64,000 bases of DNA from a virus (Duplodnaviria > Caudoviricetes). The translations under genes and the position numbers were made by a program. The DNA lies in the IMG/VR virus record IMGVR_UViG_2526164702_000004, positions 1-64,000 of that record, one strand, 5' to 3'. Under the pieces are notes generated by a model. That model was not told the DNA's origin, ran no database searches, and saw nothing but the letters and a program-made list of their open reading frames with translations. How positions within the stretch are numbered: the stretch's first letter is position 1; the number at the start of each line of letters is the position of its first letter. This document shows positions 1 through 9,944 of the stretch, one piece after another.

Positions 1-57
1 AGAGTAGATAGAGAAAGAAAACGTAATTAATAATAGAATAAAAACAGAATATTTCAT
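1..57 (-). CDS. 5' end of a third secreted-protein paralogue (runs off window edge)
   Basis: 1-57 is identical to 640-696 and 1942-1998 (MKYSVFILLLITFSFSIYS), with the same RBS leader. Confidence 0.85.
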   Translation of the reverse strand, partial: MKYSVFILLLITFSFSIYS

Positions 58-78
58 CTTGACCTCTTTAAGACATGT

Positions 79-696
79 CTACTTTATATATAAGTAAATT
101 CCGTAATGATTAATACTCCTACCAGCATCGCTGATTCTAATCTTATCAATTTTTCCTGAAACCAAATATGGCTCACCAATTTTTATATCAATAGCTTCTT
201 GCTCTGATTGTATTGTTTTTACTATTTTAATTTCAATATGATCAATCATATCAACTATATCCAGAATCTCATCACTGGACATACCAGTTCCATTATAATC
301 TGATATATCTCTGTTTGCTCTTTCATTTGCGTCATATTCAATTATAAACTCATTTGTTTTTTTATTTAGGTTTTTTCCTGAATCCTTTTTTCTCTCAACA
401 GATTCTGCAATTGCATTTGATAAAGCAAGAGAAGCCCCTTTTAACTTTATATTTAGAGACTCAATTTCTTTCTCAATTCCTTTGATTTTCTTATCTTTAA
501 GAAGATTGTTATCCCCATGCTTAAATCTATATTGTTTCAAAGTCTGAAAGAGTTTAATGACCTTTAGATATTCATCCCTTTGTTTATTTTTTCTTTCTTG
601 CTGTAATTCGGAAGGATCATTGTTAACTGTTTGGTTATCAGAGTAGATAGAGAAAGAAAACGTAATTAATAATAGAATAAAAACAGAATATTTCAT
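79..696 (-). CDS. secreted/periplasmic hypothetical protein, cassette paralogue
   Basis: Sec-type signal peptide; first 50 aa identical to 718..1998; C-terminal Y.VSGKID...LYIK motif. Confidence 0.75.
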   Translation of the reverse strand: MKYSVFILLLITFSFSIYSDNQTVNNDPSELQQERKNKQRDEYLKVIKLFQTLKQYRFKHGDNNLLKDKKIKGIEKEIESLNIKLKGASLALSNAIAESVERKKDSGKNLNKKTNEFIIEYDANERANRDISDYNGTGMSSDEILDIVDMIDHIEIKIVKTIQSEQEAIDIKIGEPYLVSGKIDKIRISDAGRSINHYGIYLYIK

Positions 697-716
697 CTTG
701 ACCCCCTTAAGACATG
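547..716. repeat. ~170-bp direct repeat (RBS leader plus first 50 codons); other copies 1849-2018 and partial 1-77
   Basis: Direct sequence comparison; coding part identical, leader differs at 2 nt. Confidence 0.95.
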
Positions 717-717
717 T

Positions 718-1998
718 CTACTTTATATATAATTTAATCGTGTCTGCAAAGGTTGGTTTGTGTTCGCTATACTCAAAACGATCAATTTTTCCAGAAACAT
801 TATAATACTTGTTAGATTTAATTTTTGAAGCCTCATCTTCAGATGTTAGAATTTTTACATATTCCAAGTTGTAATTTTCCTCTCCTAACTGATAATAATA
901 ACCTTCTTTTCCTGAAGTGTCACGATTCCAATAGTCAAAGTTAGCAAGAAGGTTTCCAGTTTTCTTTTCACATTTTTTCCCGCATACCATCGCTAAGTAC
1001 ATCGCTGCCGAATATTTTAGAAGCGAGTCATCTTCGCCATCATATAACCCTTTAATTGATGGATCGCTTCTAAATTTCTTGATATAATTTTTTAATTCTT
1101 TTTTTCCATAATCTGAAAGTTCAGTTTCTTCGGTTACAGATTTGCTTATTAAAGAAGAAAATGAAATAGGTAATCCTTTGAGCTTTGCATTTAAAGATAT
1201 AATTTCCTTTTGTCGTAATCTTTTTTTCTTAGCTTTCATGACATCATTGTCACCTTCTTCAACTTTAAATTGATTTAGTGATTCAAAGAGTTTGATCGTT
1301 TTTAGATATTCATCCCTTTGTTTATTTCTCTTTTGTTCTTCAATTTTTTCTTGTTGTTTTTCTGCTAAAGCCTTACGTTCTTCTTCATCGAATTGTTTTT
1401 GTAATTCGTGATCATGTATGTATATAAGATGATCCTCTATAAAACTTATATAGCCGGATGCTGGAAAATGCTTTTCTCTATTTTTTTTAAGTTCCTGTGT
1501 CTCATCATCATAGGCATGACAATTTCCCGGTTCTTCAGCCGGTTTTGTAATTTTTACAATGTAAATATAATCTTTTTCATATCTAAGTTTAAATGTTGAA
1601 CGATGTAAGTGCCCCATTTGATTCATTTCATGAATATATTGACGTTCCGAACCATCTCCGCCGCTGCCCTTGTCATCATGATAAAACGGATCTACTCGAT
1701 CTGAGTGTAATTCTAAGGAAGCAAACGAGATAGGCAATCCTTTAAGCTTTGCATTTAAGGATATAATTTCTTTTTGCCGTAATTTTTTCTTCTTAGTTTT
1801 CATTACATCATTATCATCTTCTTCAACTTTAAATTGATTTAGTGATTCAAAGAGTTTAATGACCTTTAGATATTCATCCCTTTGTTTATTTTTTCTTTCT
1901 TGCTGTAATTCGGAAGGATCATTGTTAACTGTTTGGTTATCAGAGTAGATAGAGAAAGAAAACGTAATTAATAATAGAATAAAAACAGAATATTTCAT
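718..1998 (-). CDS. secreted/periplasmic hypothetical protein with two tandem modules
   Basis: Signal peptide; the ~55-aa KQRDEYLK...KLKGLPISF block occurs twice; ends VSGKID...LYIK. Confidence 0.75.
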   Translation of the reverse strand: MKYSVFILLLITFSFSIYSDNQTVNNDPSELQQERKNKQRDEYLKVIKLFESLNQFKVEEDDNDVMKTKKKKLRQKEIISLNAKLKGLPISFASLELHSDRVDPFYHDDKGSGGDGSERQYIHEMNQMGHLHRSTFKLRYEKDYIYIVKITKPAEEPGNCHAYDDETQELKKNREKHFPASGYISFIEDHLIYIHDHELQKQFDEEERKALAEKQQEKIEEQKRNKQRDEYLKTIKLFESLNQFKVEEGDNDVMKAKKKRLRQKEIISLNAKLKGLPISFSSLISKSVTEETELSDYGKKELKNYIKKFRSDPSIKGLYDGEDDSLLKYSAAMYLAMVCGKKCEKKTGNLLANFDYWNRDTSGKEGYYYQLGEENYNLEYVKILTSEDEASKIKSNKYYNVSGKIDRFEYSEHKPTFADTIKLYIK

Positions 1999-2066
1999 CT
2001 TGACCTCTTTAAGACATGAGTAGGGTTAAAATTCAACAACCACTGGTCAATGATAAAAATACTTGA

Positions 2067-3779
2067 TTATTTAAAATATCCTTCTAATTCTTTGACTTTT
2101 TCATCCATAAATTTAATAGTATTAATTATTGTTGTAAATACTCTTTCTTGAATTTGACTTGCTTGGATAAACATTTCTACATTCGCTGCCATTTCATCTA
2201 ATTCGTTTGCCCGTCCTCTATAATCTTGTCCCTTAACACCTGAAATTTTATTTAATGCAGCGGCTCCACTCTCATCGGTTGACGTCTCATTGTCCAAATT
2301 AAAGAAATCTTTAATTTTAGGTTTTTCGCCGTGGGTCATATCGAACGATTCGGTCGCTGTAGTGATTCCCAACTGATTGAGTAGCAAACCCTTCGTATCG
2401 TCACTAAGTCCAAGACTAGACATAAAATCTCGAATGGTTTTCACATTTTCCTTATTCGAAATTCCACGTTCTGCCAGTGATTTTGCTTCCAGTGCGGATT
2501 TACCTGAAGCCATGTGCTCGCTTACTAAAACCGAATTAAAAAAGTTTCCGTTTTTAGATACATTATCATTTAGATTTTGGTAAACGGAATTTACGCGATT
2601 ATCACGAATTCCTAAACCAGCTATATTTGAAAATGTTCTGGTTATATCAGCTGCACTTTGTGTTCCCATTCCAGAGTTGTATGCGGATTCAGATGCAGAT
2701 GCAATGTTTGTAAAAAATTCAGACTGTCTTAAGCCCGAAAATCCAGATCGAATTGCATCTGATAATATCTTTTTTAATTCGCTATCTTCGTCAAATGAAC
2801 CGTATTTCTTTAACTTCGCAAACAATTCTGAGCCCTGGGTTCCACCAATTCCCTGGGAAAGTCCAAACTGAATTCCTAATTCATTCCTTTTCATAATATC
2901 ATCAGCTATTGCGTCACCACCAAGGATTCGTGCCCTAGAAATACCAATTTGTGCAAGTTCAGCGTTTCTTACTAATTTTCCGCCCCCGTCAACGTATCCA
3001 TGTCTTCTCTCTATAATGTTGCCTTTCTCATCTTTATCTATATGTAATCTATCATATACATCTAATGTAGAATCTTGTGATTGCATGGCTTGTTGGTGCA
3101 TACCAGCCATAGAGGATATAATTGAAGCTGCTGCACCCGCAACAGCTCCTACACCAAACGCAGCTGGTGCGATAGCAGCACCAACTTTAGATAGCATAGA
3201 CGATTTATTTTCAGTCTGTGGAGACGCGGCTGGTTTTGGAATACCGTCCTCTGGAAATCCCGATGGAGGGAGAAATTTAGGTTTTCCACCATCGCCAGGT
3301 TTACCACCTAGAGGACCTACAATTTTATCAATCTTAGCTTCCCTTACAATTAGCTTGTCATATCGCCCACCACCAACATCGCCTGGCCCTAATCCTTCTG
3401 GCATTTTTGGAAAAAAGTCATCTTTTATTTTCTTATTTCTATTATTATGAAAATCTTTGAAAGCTTCTTTGAATCTTTTCATAGAATCAACTTTTCTGGA
3501 AATAATTCCGGAAAATCTTCCTGAACGTAATTCGTTAATATCGGATTCGATCCCAGTTCCAGTGTTATCCCCAGTCTGATAACCTTCTGTTGCAGTTTTA
3601 TTTTTATTATTTTTCTTACTATTTTTTCGAGAAGAAGAGGGCGGATCGGCTGCTGTTGGAACTGTAGGAGTATTTTTTAGGCGTTCGAATTCAGCACGCA
3701 TCTCTGGAGATAATCTGTCAAAAATTCTTTTAGCAAGGGTATCTACATTAATCTCAACTGATTTCCTCCCCATATTCAA
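2067..3779 (-). CDS. tape measure-like tail protein
   Basis: Follows tube and chaperone genes; helical and Ala/Gly-rich with a hydrophobic AVAGAAAS stretch. Confidence 0.6.
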   Translation of the reverse strand: MNMGRKSVEINVDTLAKRIFDRLSPEMRAEFERLKNTPTVPTAADPPSSSRKNSKKNNKNKTATEGYQTGDNTGTGIESDINELRSGRFSGIISRKVDSMKRFKEAFKDFHNNRNKKIKDDFFPKMPEGLGPGDVGGGRYDKLIVREAKIDKIVGPLGGKPGDGGKPKFLPPSGFPEDGIPKPAASPQTENKSSMLSKVGAAIAPAAFGVGAVAGAAASIISSMAGMHQQAMQSQDSTLDVYDRLHIDKDEKGNIIERRHGYVDGGGKLVRNAELAQIGISRARILGGDAIADDIMKRNELGIQFGLSQGIGGTQGSELFAKLKKYGSFDEDSELKKILSDAIRSGFSGLRQSEFFTNIASASESAYNSGMGTQSAADITRTFSNIAGLGIRDNRVNSVYQNLNDNVSKNGNFFNSVLVSEHMASGKSALEAKSLAERGISNKENVKTIRDFMSSLGLSDDTKGLLLNQLGITTATESFDMTHGEKPKIKDFFNLDNETSTDESGAAALNKISGVKGQDYRGRANELDEMAANVEMFIQASQIQERVFTTIINTIKFMDEKVKELEGYFK

Positions 3780-4081
3780 ATTCTCTCCTTTAATTTTTCT
3801 AGATTTGCAATTCTTTCTTTTTTAATTGCTTCGCCAAGTGACCTCGCACGACCTTCGGGCCAAGACTCAATTTGCCACTTTTCGAGGAAGGATTTGTAAC
3901 TCTCAGATTTTACAGAATCAATTTCCAATTGAATATCAAATGTCTTCTTGAATCTGTCCAAACGATCAGATACAAAAGAATCAGAATACATTAATGCAAG
4001 TTTCTCTTCTGGTTCAATATCATCAAGGTTCGTCCACTCTTTCGGCAAGATCCGATAATCTAGAAGCAGATACAGATCCAA
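3776..4081 (-). CDS. tail assembly chaperone, downstream (T-like) frame
   Basis: Overlaps 4023..4457; its frame stays open upstream to an A9 run at 4135-4143. Confidence 0.55.
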   Translation of the reverse strand: MDLYLLLDYRILPKEWTNLDDIEPEEKLALMYSDSFVSDRLDRFKKTFDIQLEIDSVKSESYKSFLEKWQIESWPEGRARSLGEAIKKERIANLEKLKERI

Positions 4082-4457
4082 AAAGAAGGTTCGATTCGAC
4101 TGAATCAGTTTTTTTAGATAATGGGGATCGGTTATTTTTTTTTAACTGATCCTCGTAGGACTTTTCAAGTGACCGATATTTTTCCCAGATTTTTAAAATG
4201 ACCTGATCAGGTAAATCGGCAAAATCAATTCCATCCAATTCTTTTGGTTTTGTCGTAAATATTTTATTCAAAGTCACACACATTAATTCTAATGTATAAA
4301 CGTTGGATGAAATGGAACCGAGTGGGACAAAATTCAATCTTTGAGCTACCTCTACTTCAATATCTCGTTTTTCACTTCTTCGCGGGAAATTCCCTGCAAA
4401 AGCGTGTCCCTCTAATTCAAAGGTAAAACTTCTTTCTACTCCTGGAAACAGACCCAT
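4023..4457 (-). CDS. tail assembly chaperone (G-like)
   Basis: Position between tail tube and tape measure; typical size. Confidence 0.6.
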   Translation of the reverse strand: MGLFPGVERSFTFELEGHAFAGNFPRRSEKRDIEVEVAQRLNFVPLGSISSNVYTLELMCVTLNKIFTTKPKELDGIDFADLPDQVILKIWEKYRSLEKSYEDQLKKNNRSPLSKKTDSVESNLLFGSVSASRLSDLAERVDEP

Positions 4458-4906
4458 TAGTTATAAGCCTCCTTTTTCTGAATTCGAAGAATTTTCATGG
4501 AAATATTGGAAGCACCTGGGGTATCCGTATTAATCCCAGTTTTACGTGAATTTAATTTACAAATTGCACGTAGAATTCTACGGTCAGTGCCTTTTTCTCT
4601 AAATTCAAGAAGATTCCCTCTATGGGTAATGATATTCGAAAGATCGGGTAATGTTTTAACAGTACCAGGGTCTTTATCATCAGTTAAGATATAAATTTTT
4701 CCTGTCAAATCTCCTTCAAAACGCATTGGTTTTGTGGTCTTTGGAAAAAAATCCCCTATCGCATAAATTGAAGTTTGATTATAATTCTCGTCTATATCAA
4801 TTTCGTTGATATATGCGACGACATTTCCATCGATATAGACTTCAGCATTTGCGCCAACGAGTATTGACGGATCAGGGAGATCTTCGGGTAGTTGTGGATC
4901 AGCCAT
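4457..4906 (-). CDS. tail tube protein
   Basis: 149 aa, beta-rich, immediately after the sheath gene. Confidence 0.75.
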   Translation of the reverse strand: MADPQLPEDLPDPSILVGANAEVYIDGNVVAYINEIDIDENYNQTSIYAIGDFFPKTTKPMRFEGDLTGKIYILTDDKDPGTVKTLPDLSNIITHRGNLLEFREKGTDRRILRAICKLNSRKTGINTDTPGASNISMKILRIQKKEAYN

Positions 4907-4907
4907 G

Positions 4908-6707
4908 TTATGCCTTACCTCTTAATGGTTTTAAAGAAAGAATGTAAAAAATGAAATTTAAAGGAGTGGTAACGTTTCCTTCGAGATCCAAGAAAGACCA
5001 AGTATCCCCTTCAACTTGAATGGAGAAATTTTTCTTGTATGCCTCAACGCCGAGAGCTGCAGAACCAACAAGGTATCCTTGTTGAACAAAATACTCTAAT
5101 TTTCCTTCAATATAGTTGAGAACGTCCGGAACACGAACTCCCGAAACTGGAGAGGAATCATCGACCATACTTTGACCAATAAATTTCGCGTTAAAACCAA
5201 CTCTAAGTTCACGTACCATTGTAAGTGCAGTCGCAACAGATGACTTTTCGTTTAAGATCAAATCATCTCTTCTCTCGGTAGTAACAGACCTGGCGATTAC
5301 CCATGAGTTATCAGAAGGTTTTTGATCTAAAATCAAAGTACCAGCTCTGATACAAGCATCCCTAACAGCCGGATCCCGAGAAATATATTCTGCACTTTTA
5401 AGTACATTCAGTGCCTTCCAGGTAGGCGAAATTCTTGGAGAGTTAGAAGCGGAAATTGCATTATCTATTACAGAAAGATAATATCCAGGAAACGTTTGTT
5501 CTACTCCATTTATATCAAAATCACGGAATGATTCCAAACCATAGGTCATCCAATACGAACCAAGTGTTCGACCTTCATCTTGTCTTTGTGGAACAGGTAT
5601 GATTCCATCTGCACCACAACCTCCGACCGTTTCCGATCCTGTTTCGGGTGAGTTCATATCAAAACACACTTGTTTAAAATATGTTTTGTCAGAAAGGGTG
5701 GAAGAGAGAATGTTTCGGTATAAACCAGAGATTTTTTTTGAGAAAGTAATTGCGTCTTTTAAATCTGTAGACACAGGAGTGCCAGTAAGCCCACCTTGAG
5801 TAAGATACTTAAACATCGTTGATCCAGCGAATGGCTTACGGACTGTCCCCAAAACAACTTCACCAAGACCTGTGCCTTCGATAAAATTTTGTTCCATAAA
5901 CAAATCAGCATAAATCGAAACATTCGTTGGAGCTTTTACTGAAATCGATTCGGAAGCTTCAACATGATCAAGATTTGCAACCAAAAATTCAGGAGATTCA
6001 AAAAGCGTCGCAACGTAACCAACCTGTGAATTGATTTGATCTACAACTTCGCCGATCGTAGGATAATCAGCAAATTTGATTACGATTGATTGAGAATTAT
6101 CTGAAGCACCAGTTAAAGTTACTTTTAGATTTATAGCATCGATTTCTAGAAGTGCAGAAGCACCGTTACCAATATAAGAAATTGTGAAAACAACCTTCTC
6201 CAATCTCCTTGAAGTCAGAATACCTTGATCATTACCGATTTGGATTGTTTTGTCTGTGGAGTTTTTAAAGAATCGAACCTTTTTACCATTTGGCCCAGGT
6301 ATTGGATAGGAAATCCTATGAGTTTGACTAGTTTTTAAAGTAGTGAAGTCATTAAACGCCTTTGTATTAGGACAGATATTTATAAATTTAATAAGTTGCG
6401 GACCTTGAGCAAGATTATCTTCGATTGAGGGGAAAGTAGCAAACTTGATTGCTTGAAGTAATTCACCACTTCCTAATATACTCTTTGCCTGATTGTAACC
6501 ACTTACTCCACCTGATATAGTATAGAATCGCTGATCATCTCTAAGAGACGACTCATTGAAACAAACTCCATTTGCGGCTTTACCAATAAGCACAAGAGTA
6601 AATTTGTCAGTTCCAGCACCTGGATTAGCACCAATACTTTGAAACTTACCACGAGCTCCTGGAGCAACGTAAGCTCTTCCTTGAAATTCGCTCCCTGAAG
6701 TTCCCAT
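4908..6707 (-). CDS. contractile tail sheath protein
   Basis: 599 aa; C-terminal sheath-like region (VIARSVTT...EKSSVATA...FIFYILSL); context. Confidence 0.85.
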   Translation of the reverse strand: MGTSGSEFQGRAYVAPGARGKFQSIGANPGAGTDKFTLVLIGKAANGVCFNESSLRDDQRFYTISGGVSGYNQAKSILGSGELLQAIKFATFPSIEDNLAQGPQLIKFINICPNTKAFNDFTTLKTSQTHRISYPIPGPNGKKVRFFKNSTDKTIQIGNDQGILTSRRLEKVVFTISYIGNGASALLEIDAINLKVTLTGASDNSQSIVIKFADYPTIGEVVDQINSQVGYVATLFESPEFLVANLDHVEASESISVKAPTNVSIYADLFMEQNFIEGTGLGEVVLGTVRKPFAGSTMFKYLTQGGLTGTPVSTDLKDAITFSKKISGLYRNILSSTLSDKTYFKQVCFDMNSPETGSETVGGCGADGIIPVPQRQDEGRTLGSYWMTYGLESFRDFDINGVEQTFPGYYLSVIDNAISASNSPRISPTWKALNVLKSAEYISRDPAVRDACIRAGTLILDQKPSDNSWVIARSVTTERRDDLILNEKSSVATALTMVRELRVGFNAKFIGQSMVDDSSPVSGVRVPDVLNYIEGKLEYFVQQGYLVGSAALGVEAYKKNFSIQVEGDTWSFLDLEGNVTTPLNFIFYILSLKPLRGKA

Positions 6708-6961
6708 TACTTAGAACCACCTTTGGTTTCTTCTGCAGACGTATTTATAACTTCTTTCTTTGGCTCCAATCCGTGAAAAAAAAGATCATAAGCTTGAGTT
6801 ACATCTTTCTCAGTTTTTAGCGAATTGAACTTATCGAAATTTTGAGCACAAAAAATTCGGAAAGTATGTGCCATCGAATAACGAGATAATTCCGAAGTTT
6901 CAGAAATAAATTTTTCTAGTGGGCTTATTTTAATTTCAGAAGGGGTTGTATTGCCTGCCAT
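6707..6961 (-). CDS. hypothetical protein preceding sheath
   Basis: 84-aa ORF coupled to sheath; preceded by the late-promoter motif. Confidence 0.6.
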   Translation of the reverse strand: MAGNTTPSEIKISPLEKFISETSELSRYSMAHTFRIFCAQNFDKFNSLKTEKDVTQAYDLFFHGLEPKKEVINTSAEETKGGSK

Positions 6962-6968
6962 GGATTGG

Positions 6969-6999
6969 GGACAAGAGAAGTAACTGTTTTAAAAATCAA
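6969..6999 (-). promoter_or_regulatory. putative late promoter TTGATT-N19-TTGTCC
   Basis: Same geometry at six sites; 7 nt before start codon. Confidence 0.65.
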
Positions 7000-7776
7000 T
7001 CAGATTTTTTTTGGATCAGAAGAATAATTTTTTATTTTTCCGTGCAATGCCTGAAATTTAATTCCATCTTGAAACGTTGATCCAGCATCATTACCTCTAT
7101 CAAGATAAACATCTGCTTTAGAAATGAAGGGTTCTTTGCTAAACTTATAAACTCGAACTAACTGTGAGATAACGATCGAAAATTCAAATCCCCAACAACC
7201 CCGCATAATCTCAGGCGCTTCGATATTAGCCTGAAGCCTTCCATCGATACGTGCGGAAACCCGGTAGTTTTTATAAATTCTTGCAAACAGAAAAGGGAGT
7301 AGTGCTGTTACAATTTTATAAAGATCGTTACTTGTACGTCTTCCTAAAACTCCTCCACCTCCCCATCCTGTAATCAAAACATTTGAGTCAACTCGACTAG
7401 TATAATATTCAACAGTTTTGAAATTTTCATTGAGAACTTTATCAAATTGTTTGAAATCAGGATTTTCAAACTGTGAATTATGGCGATCTCTATAAAACTG
7501 TAATTTACGTTTTATCTGATCATTATAATCAGAGTACTGAAGGTTCATTCCTAATTCAGCTGAAATATCATCGTTTTGAAATTCAATGCCGACCTTTGGA
7601 AAAAAACTATTCTTAGCATTTTCACCCGAACTTGCAAAAGTATATAAGGGATGACCGTAAGTAACTATATCTTTGGATTCAATGGAGCGTTCTTCTAATC
7701 CACTCTCGTCCAGTAATTTTGAGAGTTCTTCGATTACTCTCTGTTCCGGATCACATTGATAAAGGCAAAGTATCAT
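7000..7776 (-). CDS. putative tail terminator/neck protein
   Basis: Position between head and sheath genes; no diagnostic motif. Confidence 0.45.
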   Translation of the reverse strand: MILCLYQCDPEQRVIEELSKLLDESGLEERSIESKDIVTYGHPLYTFASSGENAKNSFFPKVGIEFQNDDISAELGMNLQYSDYNDQIKRKLQFYRDRHNSQFENPDFKQFDKVLNENFKTVEYYTSRVDSNVLITGWGGGGVLGRRTSNDLYKIVTALLPFLFARIYKNYRVSARIDGRLQANIEAPEIMRGCWGFEFSIVISQLVRVYKFSKEPFISKADVYLDRGNDAGSTFQDGIKFQALHGKIKNYSSDPKKI

Positions 7777-8519
7777 TTCTTTTTCTTCTTTAAATATAGT
7801 TCTTTTAAATCTAAAGTTAAAGCTTCTGCAAGATTTTTTAAGAGTTCCGAACTTCTCAAGACCCTATCTGCTTCTTCCTGCATTCTTTGGACAAACTTTT
7901 GTCCTTTGATCTCTGGATAAGGTTCCCAATTAGAATCCTCCGTTAACACTACCATCTTGCTCGCAGTTGTGGAACTTCCACCGCGTTCATTTAACTGCTG
8001 AAACTTTACAGTGTTCGAACGTGATTTACTTTCAATTTTCTCAATCGAATACGAATTCCTCTTTACCTGTCCACCCATTGGAGAAGAAACCTTTGAAGTT
8101 GAAAGAATCTTCATTACAGTTGAGGCAGATTCCTTTTCTTTTCCTTTCATTGGAATAATCAGGAATTTCTTTCCCCTAGCATTAATTCTTACTTTTTTTG
8201 AATTAGAAAGTAAATAAGAGGCAATATCAAAAGCACGACGACCTTTTTCAGCAATCTTTTCAAAATCATAAGCAGACGAATTGCTATCATAAAAAATTCG
8301 AAATCCTAAACCAACTCGTTTAATTTGGATTTGTCCGTTAGCAAGATACTGTTGTCCCCACCAACCTAATCCGCCATTTTTGACGGAAACTTCAGCACGT
8401 TTTCCAGCCATAAATTCCCATTTGTTTCGTATTTCGACTGCTGCTGCACCAAGAACCGCGTAAAAACGAGGAAACATATTAGGGTTAGATTTTATTTTAG
8501 CAAAAATAGAATCTTTCAT
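7773..8519 (-). CDS. putative neck/tail completion protein
   Basis: Basic 248-aa ORF in the head-tail joining region. Confidence 0.4.
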   Translation of the reverse strand: MKDSIFAKIKSNPNMFPRFYAVLGAAAVEIRNKWEFMAGKRAEVSVKNGGLGWWGQQYLANGQIQIKRVGLGFRIFYDSNSSAYDFEKIAEKGRRAFDIASYLLSNSKKVRINARGKKFLIIPMKGKEKESASTVMKILSTSKVSSPMGGQVKRNSYSIEKIESKSRSNTVKFQQLNERGGSSTTASKMVVLTEDSNWEPYPEIKGQKFVQRMQEEADRVLRSSELLKNLAEALTLDLKELYLKKKKK

Positions 8520-9871
8520 CTTTTCAGGAATTTGTTTGAAAGTGCCTCGATTGATTTGACCCGATTATTATATACCGGAAATTCCTGTAAAAGTTCTGGA
8601 TAATTCTTAAGAACTTTAACTGGAATTTTATCTCCTGCTTTCATTGCTTCTTCAACGAACTCTTTATCTTTTTCTGGAGTAGTGTCGTTCTTTTCATTTT
8701 TTGAAATTAACCTCCAACCATTTCCTTCTTTTTCATAAGTATTTCCATCGGAAAAAGTATGAATATTTGGGTTATCTGATTCTGAACTTTTTAAGAACTG
8801 ATAGGAAAAAATCGGCCTTGCTTCGAAAGATTTTGCATAAGCTAAGTCATGGGGTGCAAAAAGAAATTCACTTCCAGAAGGAAGTTTGATTTTGATCATA
8901 TCGTCAACTTTACCCAAAACTTCTGCTATATGACCTCGGTTGATTTTTCCGCTGTTTGGTCGCTCGATCCTAACAATGTCTCCAGGAACTGAATACTTTA
9001 CGTCATTTAGTTGCACTCGTTTTTCTGGAGGAGTCCGAGCAATCCGGTCACGATTTCTTTCTTTTGCTTTTTGTTCAAATTCCTTCCAGCGACCAAGTAC
9101 TTCGACAGCTTTTTGTTCATGTGTAACTGCATGGGATTTAGAACTTCCAGAAGAAGTCTGAACTTTTCCAGTTGGCTTAAAGTTCTGAGAAGACTCTCTT
9201 CCTTTGCCTATCGTCTTCCAATCGCCACTCGAAGTTTTCTCGTGCTGTAGGCCATCGTTCCAGGTTCTTCGTTCTCCAGCTTGTGCGGCTTGTGATTTAT
9301 GAAAGAATTCGGCTTCTTTAGAATCCACCCATGAGCAAAATTTTTCAATCTCTTCTATCGAAGGAAAGATACCTTTAAATTGAACTCCTCGATCATCTAA
9401 ATAAAGGTGCGCTGGAATTTTCTTCGCAGAATACTGAAATAAATCTGAAAATCTACTTACCTTTGGGACACCGAGATTTCGTGTGTATCTTGATTGTCGC
9501 CATTCTTTTTGATGTGTATTCAAAAAACTTTTAATTGCTTCGATTCCTTTTACATCAGAACATCGCGAAGAATAGATTATAATATTGAAATAGTTCGAAT
9601 TGTCATAAAGCCAATCAAAAGCTTCCTCAACTGGAGGATCTGGAATAATATCGATCCCTTGCCACCCACTCAAATAAGAATGGATTACTCCATCAAAATC
9701 TACACAAATCGTTTTCTTATCATCTGACTTCTTATATTTTTTTTTAAAAAAATTTTTGAAATCCTTGTGATAAGTATTTTTCTTAAACACAGACATGGGG
9801 TCTTTAGTGATTGCAGCTCCATTTGTAAGAGCAGCAACATCCGTAATTCCTTCTGAGTTTGTAATTAACAT
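8516..9871 (-). CDS. HAD-family phosphatase domain protein, probable virion/internal head protein
   Basis: Motifs CVDFDGVIH, IYSSR and YLDDRG; N-terminus copies a capsid segment. Confidence 0.7.
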   Translation of the reverse strand: MLITNSEGITDVAALTNGAAITKDPMSVFKKNTYHKDFKNFFKKKYKKSDDKKTICVDFDGVIHSYLSGWQGIDIIPDPPVEEAFDWLYDNSNYFNIIIYSSRCSDVKGIEAIKSFLNTHQKEWRQSRYTRNLGVPKVSRFSDLFQYSAKKIPAHLYLDDRGVQFKGIFPSIEEIEKFCSWVDSKEAEFFHKSQAAQAGERRTWNDGLQHEKTSSGDWKTIGKGRESSQNFKPTGKVQTSSGSSKSHAVTHEQKAVEVLGRWKEFEQKAKERNRDRIARTPPEKRVQLNDVKYSVPGDIVRIERPNSGKINRGHIAEVLGKVDDMIKIKLPSGSEFLFAPHDLAYAKSFEARPIFSYQFLKSSESDNPNIHTFSDGNTYEKEGNGWRLISKNEKNDTTPEKDKEFVEEAMKAGDKIPVKVLKNYPELLQEFPVYNNRVKSIEALSNKFLKR

Positions 9872-9886
9872 ATTCCTTATATATAC

Positions 9887-9916
9887 AAAGAAGGGCAGAG
9901 TAACCCGCCCTTCTTT
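9887..9916. terminator. intrinsic terminator after major capsid gene (possibly bidirectional)
   Basis: AAAGAAGGGC-N10-GCCCTTCTTT perfect inverted repeat. Confidence 0.75.
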
Positions 9917-9944
9917 AATTCACTTTTTTAGAATTTACCTTCTT

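Noticed and set aside
2019-2066. Late promoter for the secreted-protein array
   Set aside because: TTGACC is present but there is no TTGTC at N19 and no convincing -10
3016-3450. 144-aa + strand ORF
   Set aside because: Antisense shadow of the Gly/Pro-rich part of the tape-measure gene
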